DNA from: an uncultured bacterium
GTDB lineage: Bacteria; Planctomycetota; UBA1135; GCA-002686595
Assembly (NCBI GenBank): GCA_943787795.1
Contig: CALSNU010000001.1
Location: 160,001-224,000, forward strand
DNA length: 64,000 bases
Direction: 5' to 3'
The notes under the pieces were generated by a model that searched no databases, was not told the DNA's origin, and saw only the letters and a program-made list of their open reading frames with translations. How positions within the stretch are numbered: position 1 is the stretch's first letter; each line of letters starts with the position of its first letter. A program made the translations under genes and the position numbers. Positions 43,943-54,301 of this stretch are shown here, in pieces.

Positions 43943-46900
43943 ATGCTCCTCTCCCTCGCCTGCGCCCTCTCACTCTCCGCTGCTCCTGTCGCCATCCAGG
44001 GCGGCTCGTCCCCCGCCGAGCTGCTGGAGGGCCTCTCGTTCCGCGAGATCGGTCCCTACCGCGGCGGCCGCTCGGCCGCGGTCTGCGGCCTCGACGGTGA
44101 TCCGGACACGTATTACATGGGCGCCGCCGGCGGCGGTGTGTGGAAGACCACCGACGGGGGCGAGGGCTGGGACAACGTCTCGGACGGGTTCTTCGGCGGG
44201 TCCATTGGCGCGGTCGCGGTGAGCGAGTGGGACCCCAACGTCGTCTACGCCGGCGGCGGGGAGAAGACCGTGCGAGGCAACGTGGGGCACGGGGACGGCG
44301 TGTGGCGGTCTGACGATGCCGGCAAGACCTGGCGCATGATCGGCCTGGCGGACAGCCACCACATCTCGCGCATCCGGATCCATCCGCGCGACCCGGACAC
44401 CGCGTGGGTCGCGGTGATGGGGCACCTTTACGGGCCACACCCCACCCGCGGGGTGTACCGCACGACCGACGGGGGCGAGACCTGGGACGAGCTGCTCTTC
44501 GTGAGCGACGACGTGGGCTGCGTGGACCTTGCCCTCGATCCGAGCAACCCGCGCGTCATGTTCGCGACCTTCTGGAGGATCCGCCGTACGCCGTACTCCC
44601 TCAGCTCCGGCGGCGAGGGATCGTCCATCTGGAGGAGCACCGACGGCGGCGACACCTGGGCCGACATCAGCGCCAACGAGGGCCTCCCCGAGGGCACCAT
44701 TGGCATCGCGGGCGTGAGCGTCTCCGGCGCGGACCCGGAGGTGGTGTACGCCATCATCGAGGCTGAAGAGGGCGGCGTGTTCCGATCGAGCGACGGGGGG
44801 GACACCTGGAAGCGCACCAACAGCGAGCGCAAGCTCCGCCAGCGCGCCTGGTATTACTCGCGGCTCGTGGCGGACCCCGCCGATGAGGACACCGTCTACG
44901 TGATGAACGTGGGCTTCCACCGCTCCACGGACGGCGGCAAGACCTTCGAACGGATCTCGACGCCCCACGGGGACAACCACGACCTGTGGATCGCCCCGAG
45001 CGACCCGGCGCGGATGATCGAGTCCAACGACGGCGGCGCCAACGTGAGCGTGGACGGCGGCGCCTCGTGGACCGACCAGGACATGCAGCCCACCTCGCAG
45101 ATGTACCGGGTCTCCGTGGACACGGCCTTCCCGTACCGGCTCCTCGGCGGCCAGCAGGACAACTCCGCGGTGCGGATCCGGTCTCGCTCCCTGGACGGCG
45201 GCTCCATCGGCGTGCGCGACTGGGAGCCCACGGCGGGCGGAGAGAGCGGCCACATCGCCGCCCACCCCGCGGACCCCGACATCGTCTTCGGCGGCTCCTA
45301 CGGCGGCTACCTGACCATGCGGAACCACCGCACGGGCCAGCGCCGCAATGTGACCGTGTGGCCGGACAACCCCATGGGCGCCGGCGCCGAGGGCATGCGC
45401 TACCGATTCCAGTGGAACTTCCCCCTGTTCTTCTCCCCCCACGGGGACCTGGACGTGGCGCCCGGCGAGGAGGGGAGCCCCGCGCTCTACGCGGCCTCCA
45501 ACGTGCTCTTCCGCTCCACGGACCTGGGCCAGAGCTGGAAGCAGATCAGCCCGGACCTGACCCGCAACGACCCGGCGCGGCTCGTCTCGTCGGGCGGCCC
45601 GATCACCAAGGACAACACCGGGGTCGAGTACTACTGCACGATCTTTGCGGCCTTCGAGCACCCGCTGCAGAAGGGGATCCTGTGGTGCGGCTCCGACGAC
45701 GGCCGGGTTCACGTGAGCGTCGACGACGGTGCCAGCTGGGAGGACGTGACCCCCGGCGCGCTCCCCGAGTGGACCCAGGTCAACGACCTCATCCCCGATC
45801 CCTTCACCTCGGGCGGCGCGTACCTCGTGGGCACGCGCTACAAGCTCGACGACTTCCGACCGTACCTCTACCACACCACCGACTTCGGTCGCACCTGGCG
45901 GGACCTCTCGGGCGGGATCGAGGGCGACCACTTCGTGCGCGCCATCGAGGCCGACCCCGAGCGGCGCGGCCTGCTCTTCGCGGGGACCGAGCGCGGGCTC
46001 TATGTCTCCTTCGAGGACGGGAAGAGCTGGGACTCGCTGCAGTTGGACCTGCCCGTGGTCCCGATCACGGACCTCGCCATGGCCCAGGGGGACCTCGTGG
46101 TCGCGACCCAGGGGAGGGGCTTCTGGATCCTCGACGAGCTGACGCCCCTCCGTCAGCTGGACATCAAGAGCCACGCTGGTGCCACCGTGCTCTACGCCCC
46201 GATGGACACCACGCGCGCCATGGGCGGCCGCGGCCGCGGCGGGGACCCCGCCGGCACCAACCCGGCCTTCGGGATGACCATCGACTACCGACTGGCCACC
46301 GATACCAAGGATGTGGAGCTGACCATCAAGGACTACGACGGCGGGGTGGTGCGCACCTTCATGCCGAAGGGTGAGGGCAGCGGCGGCGAGTTCGCCGCCG
46401 AGCGCAGCGATGTCCTGCCCACGGGCGCGGGGTTCCACCGGTTCACCTGGAACCTGCGGGCGACCGGGGCCGAGTCCTTCGACGACATGATCCTGTGGAA
46501 CGGCGGCCTCGGCGGCCCCAAGGTCCCGCCCGGCCAGTACCGCGTGGAGCTCACCGTGGACGGCGAGACCGCCGGTGTCTCCGCCCTCGTCCTCGCCGAT
46601 CCGCGCTCGGACGCGACCGGCATGGATCTCGTGGCGCAATACCGCTTCGCGCGCTCCACGGGCGAGCTCCTGACCCGCGCCCACACGGCGATCCGCGACC
46701 TGCGGGCCGCGCGGGAGGACCTCGAGAGGCTCGGAGGGCGCCTCCCGGAAGGGGAGGGCGCCGAGGCCCTTGAGGCTCGCATCGACGCGGCCCTCGAGGT
46801 GATGGGGGCGGTAGAGGAGGAGCTCTATCAGACGAAGAACCGCAGTCGTCAGGACCCACTCAACTTCCCGATCCGGCTCACGGACAAGCTCGCCGGGGTG

Positions 46901-47161
46901 CGCTCCGGCGCGCTCCAGGGGGAGTTCCGGCCCACGGACCAGATGGTCGCCGTGGCCGCCGAGCTCTCCGCCGCCATCGAGGGGGCCCTGGAGCGGCTCG
47001 CCCCCGTGCTCGACGTCGAGCTGCGGGAGATCGACGCCGCGGCGCGGGCGCTCGGGACCCCGCTGCTGCGGCTGCCCGAGGTTGAATCCGATGTCGAGCC
47101 GGTCGCGGAGCCGGCCAAGGAGCCGGCCGAGGAATCCGCCGCGGAGATCGACGAGGACTGA
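43943..47161 (+). CDS. Secreted BNR/VPS10-type beta-propeller glycosyl hydrolase-like protein
   Basis: FREIGPYRGGRS, multiple S.DGG.TW repeats, QRAWYY, YRFQWNFP, ATQGRGFWILD, QDPLNFPIRL. Confidence 0.88.
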   Translation: MLLSLACALSLSAAPVAIQGGSSPAELLEGLSFREIGPYRGGRSAAVCGLDGDPDTYYMGAAGGGVWKTTDGGEGWDNVSDGFFGGSIGAVAVSEWDPNVVYAGGGEKTVRGNVGHGDGVWRSDDAGKTWRMIGLADSHHISRIRIHPRDPDTAWVAVMGHLYGPHPTRGVYRTTDGGETWDELLFVSDDVGCVDLALDPSNPRVMFATFWRIRRTPYSLSSGGEGSSIWRSTDGGDTWADISANEGLPEGTIGIAGVSVSGADPEVVYAIIEAEEGGVFRSSDGGDTWKRTNSERKLRQRAWYYSRLVADPADEDTVYVMNVGFHRSTDGGKTFERISTPHGDNHDLWIAPSDPARMIESNDGGANVSVDGGASWTDQDMQPTSQMYRVSVDTAFPYRLLGGQQDNSAVRIRSRSLDGGSIGVRDWEPTAGGESGHIAAHPADPDIVFGGSYGGYLTMRNHRTGQRRNVTVWPDNPMGAGAEGMRYRFQWNFPLFFSPHGDLDVAPGEEGSPALYAASNVLFRSTDLGQSWKQISPDLTRNDPARLVSSGGPITKDNTGVEYYCTIFAAFEHPLQKGILWCGSDDGRVHVSVDDGASWEDVTPGALPEWTQVNDLIPDPFTSGGAYLVGTRYKLDDFRPYLYHTTDFGRTWRDLSGGIEGDHFVRAIEADPERRGLLFAGTERGLYVSFEDGKSWDSLQLDLPVVPITDLAMAQGDLVVATQGRGFWILDELTPLRQLDIKSHAGATVLYAPMDTTRAMGGRGRGGDPAGTNPAFGMTIDYRLATDTKDVELTIKDYDGGVVRTFMPKGEGSGGEFAAERSDVLPTGAGFHRFTWNLRATGAESFDDMILWNGGLGGPKVPPGQYRVELTVDGETAGVSALVLADPRSDATGMDLVAQYRFARSTGELLTRAHTAIRDLRAAREDLERLGGRLPEGEGAEALEARIDAALEVMGAVEEELYQTKNRSRQDPLNFPIRLTDKLAGVRSGALQGEFRPTDQMVAVAAELSAAIEGALERLAPVLDVELREIDAAARALGTPLLRLPEVESDVEPVAEPAKEPAEESAAEIDED

Positions 47162-47243
47162 GGTCTCCCCGGAGGGCCCGCGGCCCACTCCTTTGGGCGA
47201 CCTGCGGCCTGTTCGAGCAAGGAGCCGCGCCAAGCAAGGCACT

Positions 47244-47423
47244 CAGCGGAGCAGAGAGCCCAGCGGAGCAGAGAGCCCAGCGGAGCAAAGAGCCCAGCGG
47301 AGTGGGGACTTCAGCCGCGCAGTGAGTTCTGCCAAGCAGTGAGCTCAGCCGTGCGGTGAGCTCCGCCGAGGGGTGAACTCTGCCGAGGGGTGAACTCTGC
47401 CGAGCGGTGAGCTCAGTCGAGCA
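47244..47423. repeat. 17-bp period tandem array, ~10.5 gradually diverging units
   Basis: Units from cagcggagcagagagcc (47244) through ctgccgaggggtgaact to cagtcgagca (47414), with no spacers. Confidence 0.8.
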
Positions 47424-48790
47424 CGGAGTAGCGCAGGACGATCCTGCGGACCCGGTTGGGGTCGCTCGCAGGGAGCACCAGAACGCTCGGCTCGCGCTCC
47501 ATGGTCAAGGTTCCGCTGCCGCCCGGAAGCTGGGCGAGGACCACGGGGAGCGTGACCGACCCCACGCGGGTGGAGCTGAAGGTGGGGCTGGTGTCGTACA
47601 CGGTGAGCTCGACGGTGGCGTCGCCCCGCGCGGTCACCTCGAGCACGTTGCCCGGCGGCGGGGCCAGATTGTCTTCGAACACGAGGAAGGGAGCCGTCGC
47701 GCCTCCGCCTGTCTCGGCCACGTCCTCACCGTCGGCGCTGGCCCGCACTTCGAAGTCCGGCTCCGAGCCGTCACCGGACCACGCGGACCCCCCGGCCGCA
47801 GGATCGCAGGCGACCTCCAGCAGCACGAGGCGCACCGTGCGCTGGTTCCGGCGCAGGGCGACCTCGCGGTCCTCGAGGCGCTTGCGCAGGAAGGCTGAGT
47901 CCGAGTGGTCAGGGTCGAGGGACTCGAGTTGGGTCAGCAGCCCGGCGGCCTCGGCCAGCCTGTCCCCGTCCAGGGACCCCACGATGGCCTGTACCAGCTC
48001 GCTCGGAGTGGCGCCTGAGTCGGTGCTCCCCGAGGTCCGATCGGGTGTGAGCCCGGGCTGGAAGAGGCTCCGGGTGTAGCGCACCACGAGGTTCGTCACG
48101 GGCGCATCGGGGTCCTCGAACTCCACGATGCCGCCGGTGAGGTGGGGGAGGGCCGAGACCTCCACGGGCCCGAACACGACCTCGGGTCCGCTGATCAGGC
48201 CGCCGGGTTCCACCAGCTCGAGGGTCACGCCCAGATCGAAGGAGGTCCGGACCGTGAAGACGTTGGCGCGCCGGGCGCCGCTCGCCCGTGAGAACGACGG
48301 CACCAGCAGTCCCGACGAGTGGACGACCTCTCCGCCGATGCGGACCCGCGCGAAGACGGCGTCGAGCTCGGTCTCGAAGGACTCGATACGGAAGGCCATG
48401 GGGCGCAGGGCGGCCCGGTGAGCGGCCACTCGCAGCTGGATCCGCTGCGCGAGGTCGGCGGCCGGTACGGAGTCGCCGTGCTGAGCCCGCAGCTCCTCCA
48501 CCCGGAGCGCGGCCTCCTCGATGAGGCCGCGGTCAAGCGCCTCCTCGGCGGCCAAGAGTCCGGCGGCCACCGGGTCCTCCGGCATGGCGATCGGTGGAGT
48601 GTCCGGCTCCGCGCTGGCGCCGGCTTCGTCCTGGGCGGGCTGAGCGCCTCCTGACCACACCCGGTAGGCGAGCAGCCCCAGAACCGCGATCGCACCGAGG
48701 ACCGCCGCCGTCCACCTCAGGTGAGGCTTCTGCGGCCCGTCGTGCTGGGGAGCCGGGTCTCCGTCGGTGGGATCCTCGGGGGGCGGACAT
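47413..48790 (-). CDS. Membrane-anchored hypothetical protein (helical + beta-sandwich modules); probable +1 frameshift in the C6 run at 48778-48783
   Basis: ORF 47413-48660 extends in frame through a TM segment (WTAAVLGAIAVLGLLAYRVW) with no start codon; ATG 48790 joins if one C is removed. Confidence 0.55.
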
Positions 48791-48867
48791 GGAGAGGACT
48801 GTCCCGTGGCGCAGGGCCGGGCGCAAGGGGGAGCCTGACGGTTCCCGCCGTCGTACCATCAAGGGCG

Positions 48868-50040
48868 ATGAACGAGCCGTCGGGAACCGCAGACGTCGCG
48901 ATCGCAGCCGCGCGCATCCACACCCTCGGGCCCGAGGGGACGGTCGATGACCACGCCGTCCTCGTCGCAGGGGGCCGTATCCTCGACGTGGTCCCGCGCG
49001 CGGAGATCCCCGCGGGGGTCCCCGTGCTGGACCAGGGCGACGTGGACCTCGCGCCCGGCTTCGTGGACGTGCAGGTCAACGGCGGCGGCGGCGTGCTCTT
49101 CAACGACACGCCCGACGTGGACACGCTCCGGACCATCGCCGCGGCCCACGGCCGCTTCGGGACCACCTCGTTGCTCCCGACCTTCATCACCGACTCACGC
49201 GAGAAGATGGTCGCGGCGCGGGCGGCCGTGGAGCAGGCCCGCGAGGAGGGCGTCCCGGGGATCCTCGGCGTGCACTTCGAGGGGCCGTTCCTGGACCCAA
49301 GGAAGACCGGCGCCCACGACCGCGGCTTCGTGCGAGGGGCGGACGAGGGCGACCTCGAGGCGATCCTCGGCGGGGCTCCTGGCGTGGTCCTGGTGACCGC
49401 CGCGGCCTGCGCCCTGGTTGGCGGGACGCTGGCCAGGCTCCTGGGCGGCGGGGCCCGAGTCGCGCTCGGCCACTGCGCCTCCACCTATGAGGAGGCGAAG
49501 GCCGCCTTCGACGGCGGGGTCACCGGCGTCACGCACCTCTTCAACGCCATGAGCCCCATGGAGAGCCGCGCGCCCGGGCTGGTGGGCGCGGCGCTCGCGA
49601 CCCCAGGGGTGACGAGCGGGGTGATCGCGGACGGCGTCCACGTGGAATTCGGTGCGCTCCGGGCCGCGTGGCGGGCGGCGGGGCCCTCGGGCCTCATGCT
49701 GGTCACCGATGCGGTGCAGCCGGTCGGGGTTGACCTCGAGGAGTTCGAGCTCGGCGGGCAGCGTGTGCGCCTCGACGGGCTGCGCTGCGTCAACGAGGAG
49801 GGCAACCTCGCGGGCTCCGCCCTGGACATGGCGACGGCCGTTCGCAACTGCGTGCGGGGTGCTGAGATTCCGCTTGAGGACGCGCTCCACATGGCGTCGT
49901 CCACGCCGGCTCGCTTCCTCGGCCTGGAGGAAGAGCTCGGCGCGCTGCGCCCGGGGATGCGAGCGGACCTGGTCGCCCTCGACCATGAGCTGCACGCGAC
50001 GAACGTCTTCATGGGCGGGCAGCCGATCACCGGGACCTAG
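48868..50040 (+). CDS. nagA: N-acetylglucosamine-6-phosphate deacetylase
   Basis: PGFVDVQVNGGGG, HFEGPFL, GAH, THLFNAM, ADGVHV, LVTDA, LAGS. Confidence 0.92.
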   Translation: MNEPSGTADVAIAAARIHTLGPEGTVDDHAVLVAGGRILDVVPRAEIPAGVPVLDQGDVDLAPGFVDVQVNGGGGVLFNDTPDVDTLRTIAAAHGRFGTTSLLPTFITDSREKMVAARAAVEQAREEGVPGILGVHFEGPFLDPRKTGAHDRGFVRGADEGDLEAILGGAPGVVLVTAAACALVGGTLARLLGGGARVALGHCASTYEEAKAAFDGGVTGVTHLFNAMSPMESRAPGLVGAALATPGVTSGVIADGVHVEFGALRAAWRAAGPSGLMLVTDAVQPVGVDLEEFELGGQRVRLDGLRCVNEEGNLAGSALDMATAVRNCVRGAEIPLEDALHMASSTPARFLGLEEELGALRPGMRADLVALDHELHATNVFMGGQPITGT

Positions 50041-50067
50041 CCCAGGGCGAGGCCACTCCACCAGAAC

Positions 50068-50109
50068 GCGAAAGGCCGCGCTCCTCGTTCGAGGAGCGCG
50101 GCCTTTCGC
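50068..50109. terminator. Bidirectional terminator hairpin between convergent genes
   Basis: gcgaaaggccgcgctcctcg-tt-cgaggagcgcggcctttcgc, 20-bp perfect inverted repeat. Confidence 0.8.
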
Positions 50110-50140
50110 TTCGCAGCTGATCCGAAGATCAGCGGCGGGA

Positions 50141-50407
50141 CTAGTCGCGGCGCGGGGCGCGCTCGCGGGCCTCGCTGATGCGGATGGGACGGCCGTCGAC
50201 CATCTCACCGTCCATGGTGCCCATGGCGTTCTGGGCTGCGTTGTCGTCAGACAGTTCGACGAAGCCGAAGCCGCGGGGGCGGCCGGTCTCGCGGTCCATC
50301 ACAATGTGGACGTCGTTGACGGGGTGGCCGCTGGACTCAAAGGCCTGGCGGAGGGTGTCGTTGGTCGTATCCCAGGAGAGATTGCCGACAAAGAGGCGTG
50401 AGCTCAT
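50141..50407 (-). CDS. RRM (RNP-1) RNA-binding protein
   Basis: RNP2 LFVGNL and RNP1 RGFGFVEL; DRETGRPR; ATG at 50407. Confidence 0.93.
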   Translation of the reverse strand: MSSRLFVGNLSWDTTNDTLRQAFESSGHPVNDVHIVMDRETGRPRGFGFVELSDDNAAQNAMGTMDGEMVDGRPIRISEARERAPRRD

Positions 50408-51142
50408 CAGAGTTTCAAGTTCGAGTGACACTCGCGGACCGATTGATTCTCTGACAGTAGCTCTCGTGATCGGCGCGGGCGAGCGGAAGGTTCCAGCTCG
50501 GCCCCGACCACGCGTGCTGCGTGAGGGACGGTTCGGACAAGAGTCGAATGCGCCGGAGGCGCGGGTGATGCCGTCCCCGTCGAAGACCAAAGGTCTCAGA
50601 GGTTCGGGCGGAATTAATGGGCCCGGGGGGAGGCGAACCTGCTCCCGAGGGCCCAGATCGTCCGCGACGGGTCGCCCCAGCGCAAGCAAGACCCGTTCAA
50701 TGCCGGACGGCCGCTTCGCAGCATGAAGATGCGTTGACCCCCTCTCCCAGGTCCCTGACGCCGGCTGGGCCCTGATGGAAGAGGGGCCTGAGAGGAGAGC
50801 GGGCCGGGGCCAGGGGCCCCTCGGCCGGTCCGAGGGTGCTCCCGAGGGGGATCGATCGCGATGCCCTTCATGCCACGGCGGTGGGTCCAGTCCGCGAGGC
50901 CTCTCTCCCGCTGCGCAGCGCTGGAGCGCGCGGGGCTCCCCGTCGAGCCCCCCCTCGAGCCCCTGCGTTGGCTCCCTCCTTGTCTCTGCATCCAGGCGGG
51001 CCAGGAGAGGGGCGGATGCCGCATGGGATGGTCTCAGATGATGGAAGTGGACGTGAAGAGGCGGGGCGCGCTCCCCGGGCAGGGAGGCCAACCTGCAGAC
51101 TGGGTCCACTGCCTCCTCCCGTTGCCGTTCAAGTCACAAGCC

Positions 51143-52753
51143 ATGCTCTCGCTCCTCCTCCTCTCGCTCGCGCAAGCTCCTGCGCCCTGCCTTCCCTCGG
51201 AGATCCTCCCGGCCTCCGGGACGGCCAGTCCCAGCTTCGGTGAGATCATGGCGGTGGACGGGGACCGGCTGATGGTCGCGGCGGACTCCGGCGGCGGGAG
51301 CCTCGACGTCATCAAGGTCTTCGAGCGCGACGCGGTTGGAGGAGGATGGTCGGAAGTTCAGGAGGTCGCCCTGACGCCCTCGCAGGGATCGCACGTGACG
51401 GACCTCGACCTCGATGGTGATCGGGCGGTTGTGGTGGCGGCTGACATGGGCTTGCTCGTCTACAAGAGCTGGGGCCTGGAGCGGGACCCTGCCAGCGGGC
51501 TCTGGGGATGGGGCCTGGAGATCGAAGGCTCCCAGATAGCGGGGCAGCTCAGGGCCTCGGTATTTGCAGACGACGTCGCTGTGGGGTCAGCTGTGTTGTC
51601 AGCGGGCCGGGTTCGCTGCTATCGCAGGGATCCGGCGGGCTGGCAGCTCTTCAAGACCATTCCGGTTGGCGGCCAGGTGAGGGAGATAGACCTGAGCCTG
51701 CGCTTCCTCGTGATCTCTACGGGGTCCACCACGGTGACGAACGACCTCTACGCCTACACCCGTATCCCGGGCCCGGACCTGCTGCCGCCCATCCTCGTGA
51801 ATTCGTCATCCAGAGGGCCCTTCGGCGTGGATGACGACCGGATCATCACGAGGTTTGGCGGCGTGGTCCGTCACTTCTCCGCCAACGCCGCCGGGGACGG
51901 CTGGTTCGCGGCCCAGACCATCTCCCCGCCGGGGGGCTACTCCTTCGCACCTCCGCCGGGAGCACCGCTGAGCCTTGATGCCGGTAGTGGGGTCTTCGTG
52001 CTGAACGGGACCCAGGGGGTGACGGGTCAGGCGGTCTTCACCTACCGCCGAAATCAGTTCGGGATCTACGAACTGGATTCGATCCTCCAGCCGACTACCC
52101 CGCCGGTTCCCCCCTTCGACGGTGACTCGCTGGGACGCAGCATCGCCGTGGGTCGGAACCACGTGATCCTCGGGAGCGTGGGCGCGTTGGGAGAGGGCCG
52201 CCTGGCGGCCCGCGCCCTGAGCTCGAACGACTGCGATCAGAACGGCCTCGGCGACTCCTGCGACCTGATCCTGGGGCAGGGCTTCGACGTGAACCAAAAC
52301 AACACGCTCGATGGGTGCGAGGAGACCGGGGTGCGCTATTGCAGCCCGGCGACGGCCAACTCCTCGGGGGAGGTGGCGCGCATCGGGATCTTCGGTCCGC
52401 CGACGACGGCGCTGTTCTCCATCAACTTCTACGCGGAGGGGCTGCCCGATGGGGGGCTCGGGGCCTTCATGGCGTCCCGCGGGAACCAGGTGGTGACGAA
52501 CCCGCTGTACACGGGGAACTTCTGCCTGGGCGGAGCCCCGACGTACCGGAACCTGGGCGGCCGGCAGTTCATCACCGAGACCGGCCGGGCGCGGGTGCTG
52601 CTGAACCGGCCGTTCGTCCCCGATGGCCTCGGCGGTCTCCTGCCGATCCTCCCCGGGGAGACCTGGTACTTCCAGTATTGGTTCTACGACCCCGGTGCCA
52701 CGCCGAGCACGGGGTTCTCCGACGCGCTGGGCGTGACGTTCACGCTGTTCTAG
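51143..52753 (+). CDS. Secreted FG-GAP-like propeller protein with the lineage-type C-terminal domain
   Basis: Signal peptide, FGEIMAVDGDRL and LGRSIAVG repeats, DCDQNGLGDSCD, YCSPATANSSG...PGETWYFQYWFYD...FSDALGVTF. Confidence 0.75.
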   Translation: MLSLLLLSLAQAPAPCLPSEILPASGTASPSFGEIMAVDGDRLMVAADSGGGSLDVIKVFERDAVGGGWSEVQEVALTPSQGSHVTDLDLDGDRAVVVAADMGLLVYKSWGLERDPASGLWGWGLEIEGSQIAGQLRASVFADDVAVGSAVLSAGRVRCYRRDPAGWQLFKTIPVGGQVREIDLSLRFLVISTGSTTVTNDLYAYTRIPGPDLLPPILVNSSSRGPFGVDDDRIITRFGGVVRHFSANAAGDGWFAAQTISPPGGYSFAPPPGAPLSLDAGSGVFVLNGTQGVTGQAVFTYRRNQFGIYELDSILQPTTPPVPPFDGDSLGRSIAVGRNHVILGSVGALGEGRLAARALSSNDCDQNGLGDSCDLILGQGFDVNQNNTLDGCEETGVRYCSPATANSSGEVARIGIFGPPTTALFSINFYAEGLPDGGLGAFMASRGNQVVTNPLYTGNFCLGGAPTYRNLGGRQFITETGRARVLLNRPFVPDGLGGLLPILPGETWYFQYWFYDPGATPSTGFSDALGVTFTLF

Positions 52754-52957
52754 GGGGGCCGCTGTCGCAGACGGTCGCAGCGAGTGCGGCGGGCCGTCGC
52801 GATGGCGGATCCCGATGACGGAAATCGAACGGGCGGAGGGGCCAGAGAGCCGACCTCAGGCCGCAGGGGCGAGTGATTTGGGCCCATACTGGGGGGCAGG
52901 GCGAGGAGCCACCGCAGGCTGCGTCCACGCCCGCACCCGTCACGAACAACCAGGGCC

Positions 52958-54247
52958 ATGATCTCGACCCCCGAACACGACTTCGACGCCATCGTCATCG
53001 GCGGCGGCCCGGCGGGCTGCGCCGCGGCGACCGTGCTGGCCAAGAAGGGCCGCCGGGTGGCGGTTCTCGAGAAGCAGCCGCGCCGGCGCTACAGCGTCGG
53101 TGAGTCGCTGATCCCCTTCTGCTATGACGCGCTCGAGCGCATGGGGCTCGCGGGGGCCCTCGAGAAGCAGCGCTTCTCCTTCCCGAAGCACAGCGTCCAG
53201 TTCGCGAGCCAGGAGGGGAAGGTCAGCCGGTCCTTCTACTTCTTCCAGCACACCGACCACCCCCGCGCCAAGACCTGGCAGGTGGTGCGCTCGGAGTTCG
53301 ACAAGCTCCTCCGGGACAACGCCGAGGAGAGCGGCGTGCAGTTCTTCGAGCAGACCCGCGCCCGGGAGCTGATCTTCGGGGACCGCTGCGAGGTCCAGGG
53401 TGTGCGGGCCAACGACCCCGCGGGCTACGAGCTGACCTTCAAGGCGCCCGTGACCATCGACGCCACCGGCCGGGACACGTTCTCCCAGAGCCGGCTCGGC
53501 TGGCGTGTGCCGGACAAGAAGCTCCGGAAGATGGCCATCTGGACCTATTTCGAGGGCGCCACCCGGGACGAGGGCTACGACGAGGGCACCACGACCATCG
53601 CGTACCTGCCCAACAAGGGCTGGTTCTGGAACATCCCGCTGCCCGACGATCGGGTCTCGGTGGGGCTGGTCGCGGACAAGGACTACCTCTTCGGCGAGAC
53701 CAAGGACCTGGAGACGATCTTTAGCCGTGAGGTGGAGAAGCAGGACTGGCTCCGCGGACGGCTCGAGGACGCCCGCCGCACCGATGAGTTCCGCGTCACC
53801 TCCGATTTCTCGTACCGCTCGAAGCACTGCGCCAGCGACGGGCTCGTTCTGATCGGCGACGCCTTCTCCTTCCTCGACCCGGTGTTCTCCTCGGGCGTCT
53901 ACTTCGCCCTGACCAGCGGCGTGCTCGCCGCGGACGCGGTGGACGACGCGCTGACCGCTGGGGACACCTCGGCGGGCCGCTTCGCCGAGTATGGCGAGGC
54001 GTTCAAGAAGCAGATGGAGCCCATGCGGAAGCTGGTCTACGCCTTCTATGACGACCACTTCAGCTTCGGTAAGTTCCTGAAGGAGCACCCCGACCTGCGT
54101 CCCCAGGTGACCGACGTCCTGATCGGCGACCTGGAGAAGGACTACGACGACTTCTTCGAGGTCATGGGGAAGTTCGCGGACCTGCCCGAGCCCCTCCCGC
54201 ACGGGGAGCCCATCGGGGCGGACACAACGCACTCCGAACACGCCTAG
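52958..54247 (+). CDS. Flavin-dependent halogenase-like / geranylgeranyl reductase superfamily oxidoreductase
   Basis: GGGPAG, VGESLIP, F.K, V.RSEFD..L, GWFWNIPL (WxWxIP), GDAFSFLDPVFSSGV. Confidence 0.82.
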   Translation: MISTPEHDFDAIVIGGGPAGCAAATVLAKKGRRVAVLEKQPRRRYSVGESLIPFCYDALERMGLAGALEKQRFSFPKHSVQFASQEGKVSRSFYFFQHTDHPRAKTWQVVRSEFDKLLRDNAEESGVQFFEQTRARELIFGDRCEVQGVRANDPAGYELTFKAPVTIDATGRDTFSQSRLGWRVPDKKLRKMAIWTYFEGATRDEGYDEGTTTIAYLPNKGWFWNIPLPDDRVSVGLVADKDYLFGETKDLETIFSREVEKQDWLRGRLEDARRTDEFRVTSDFSYRSKHCASDGLVLIGDAFSFLDPVFSSGVYFALTSGVLAADAVDDALTAGDTSAGRFAEYGEAFKKQMEPMRKLVYAFYDDHFSFGKFLKEHPDLRPQVTDVLIGDLEKDYDDFFEVMGKFADLPEPLPHGEPIGADTTHSEHA

Positions 54248-54301
54248 TCCCGGGGCCGATGACCGCGTTCGGGCGGCGGACCCTAGACTCTTGGGCCGCC
54301 C

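Noticed and set aside
47244..47423. CRISPR array
   Set aside because: Contiguous 17-bp units with no unique spacers and no cas genes
50408..51142. Riboswitch or ncRNA in the long region upstream of the RRM gene
   Set aside because: No recognisable conserved motif or convincing nested helices by eye; may simply be a long 5' UTR plus promoters
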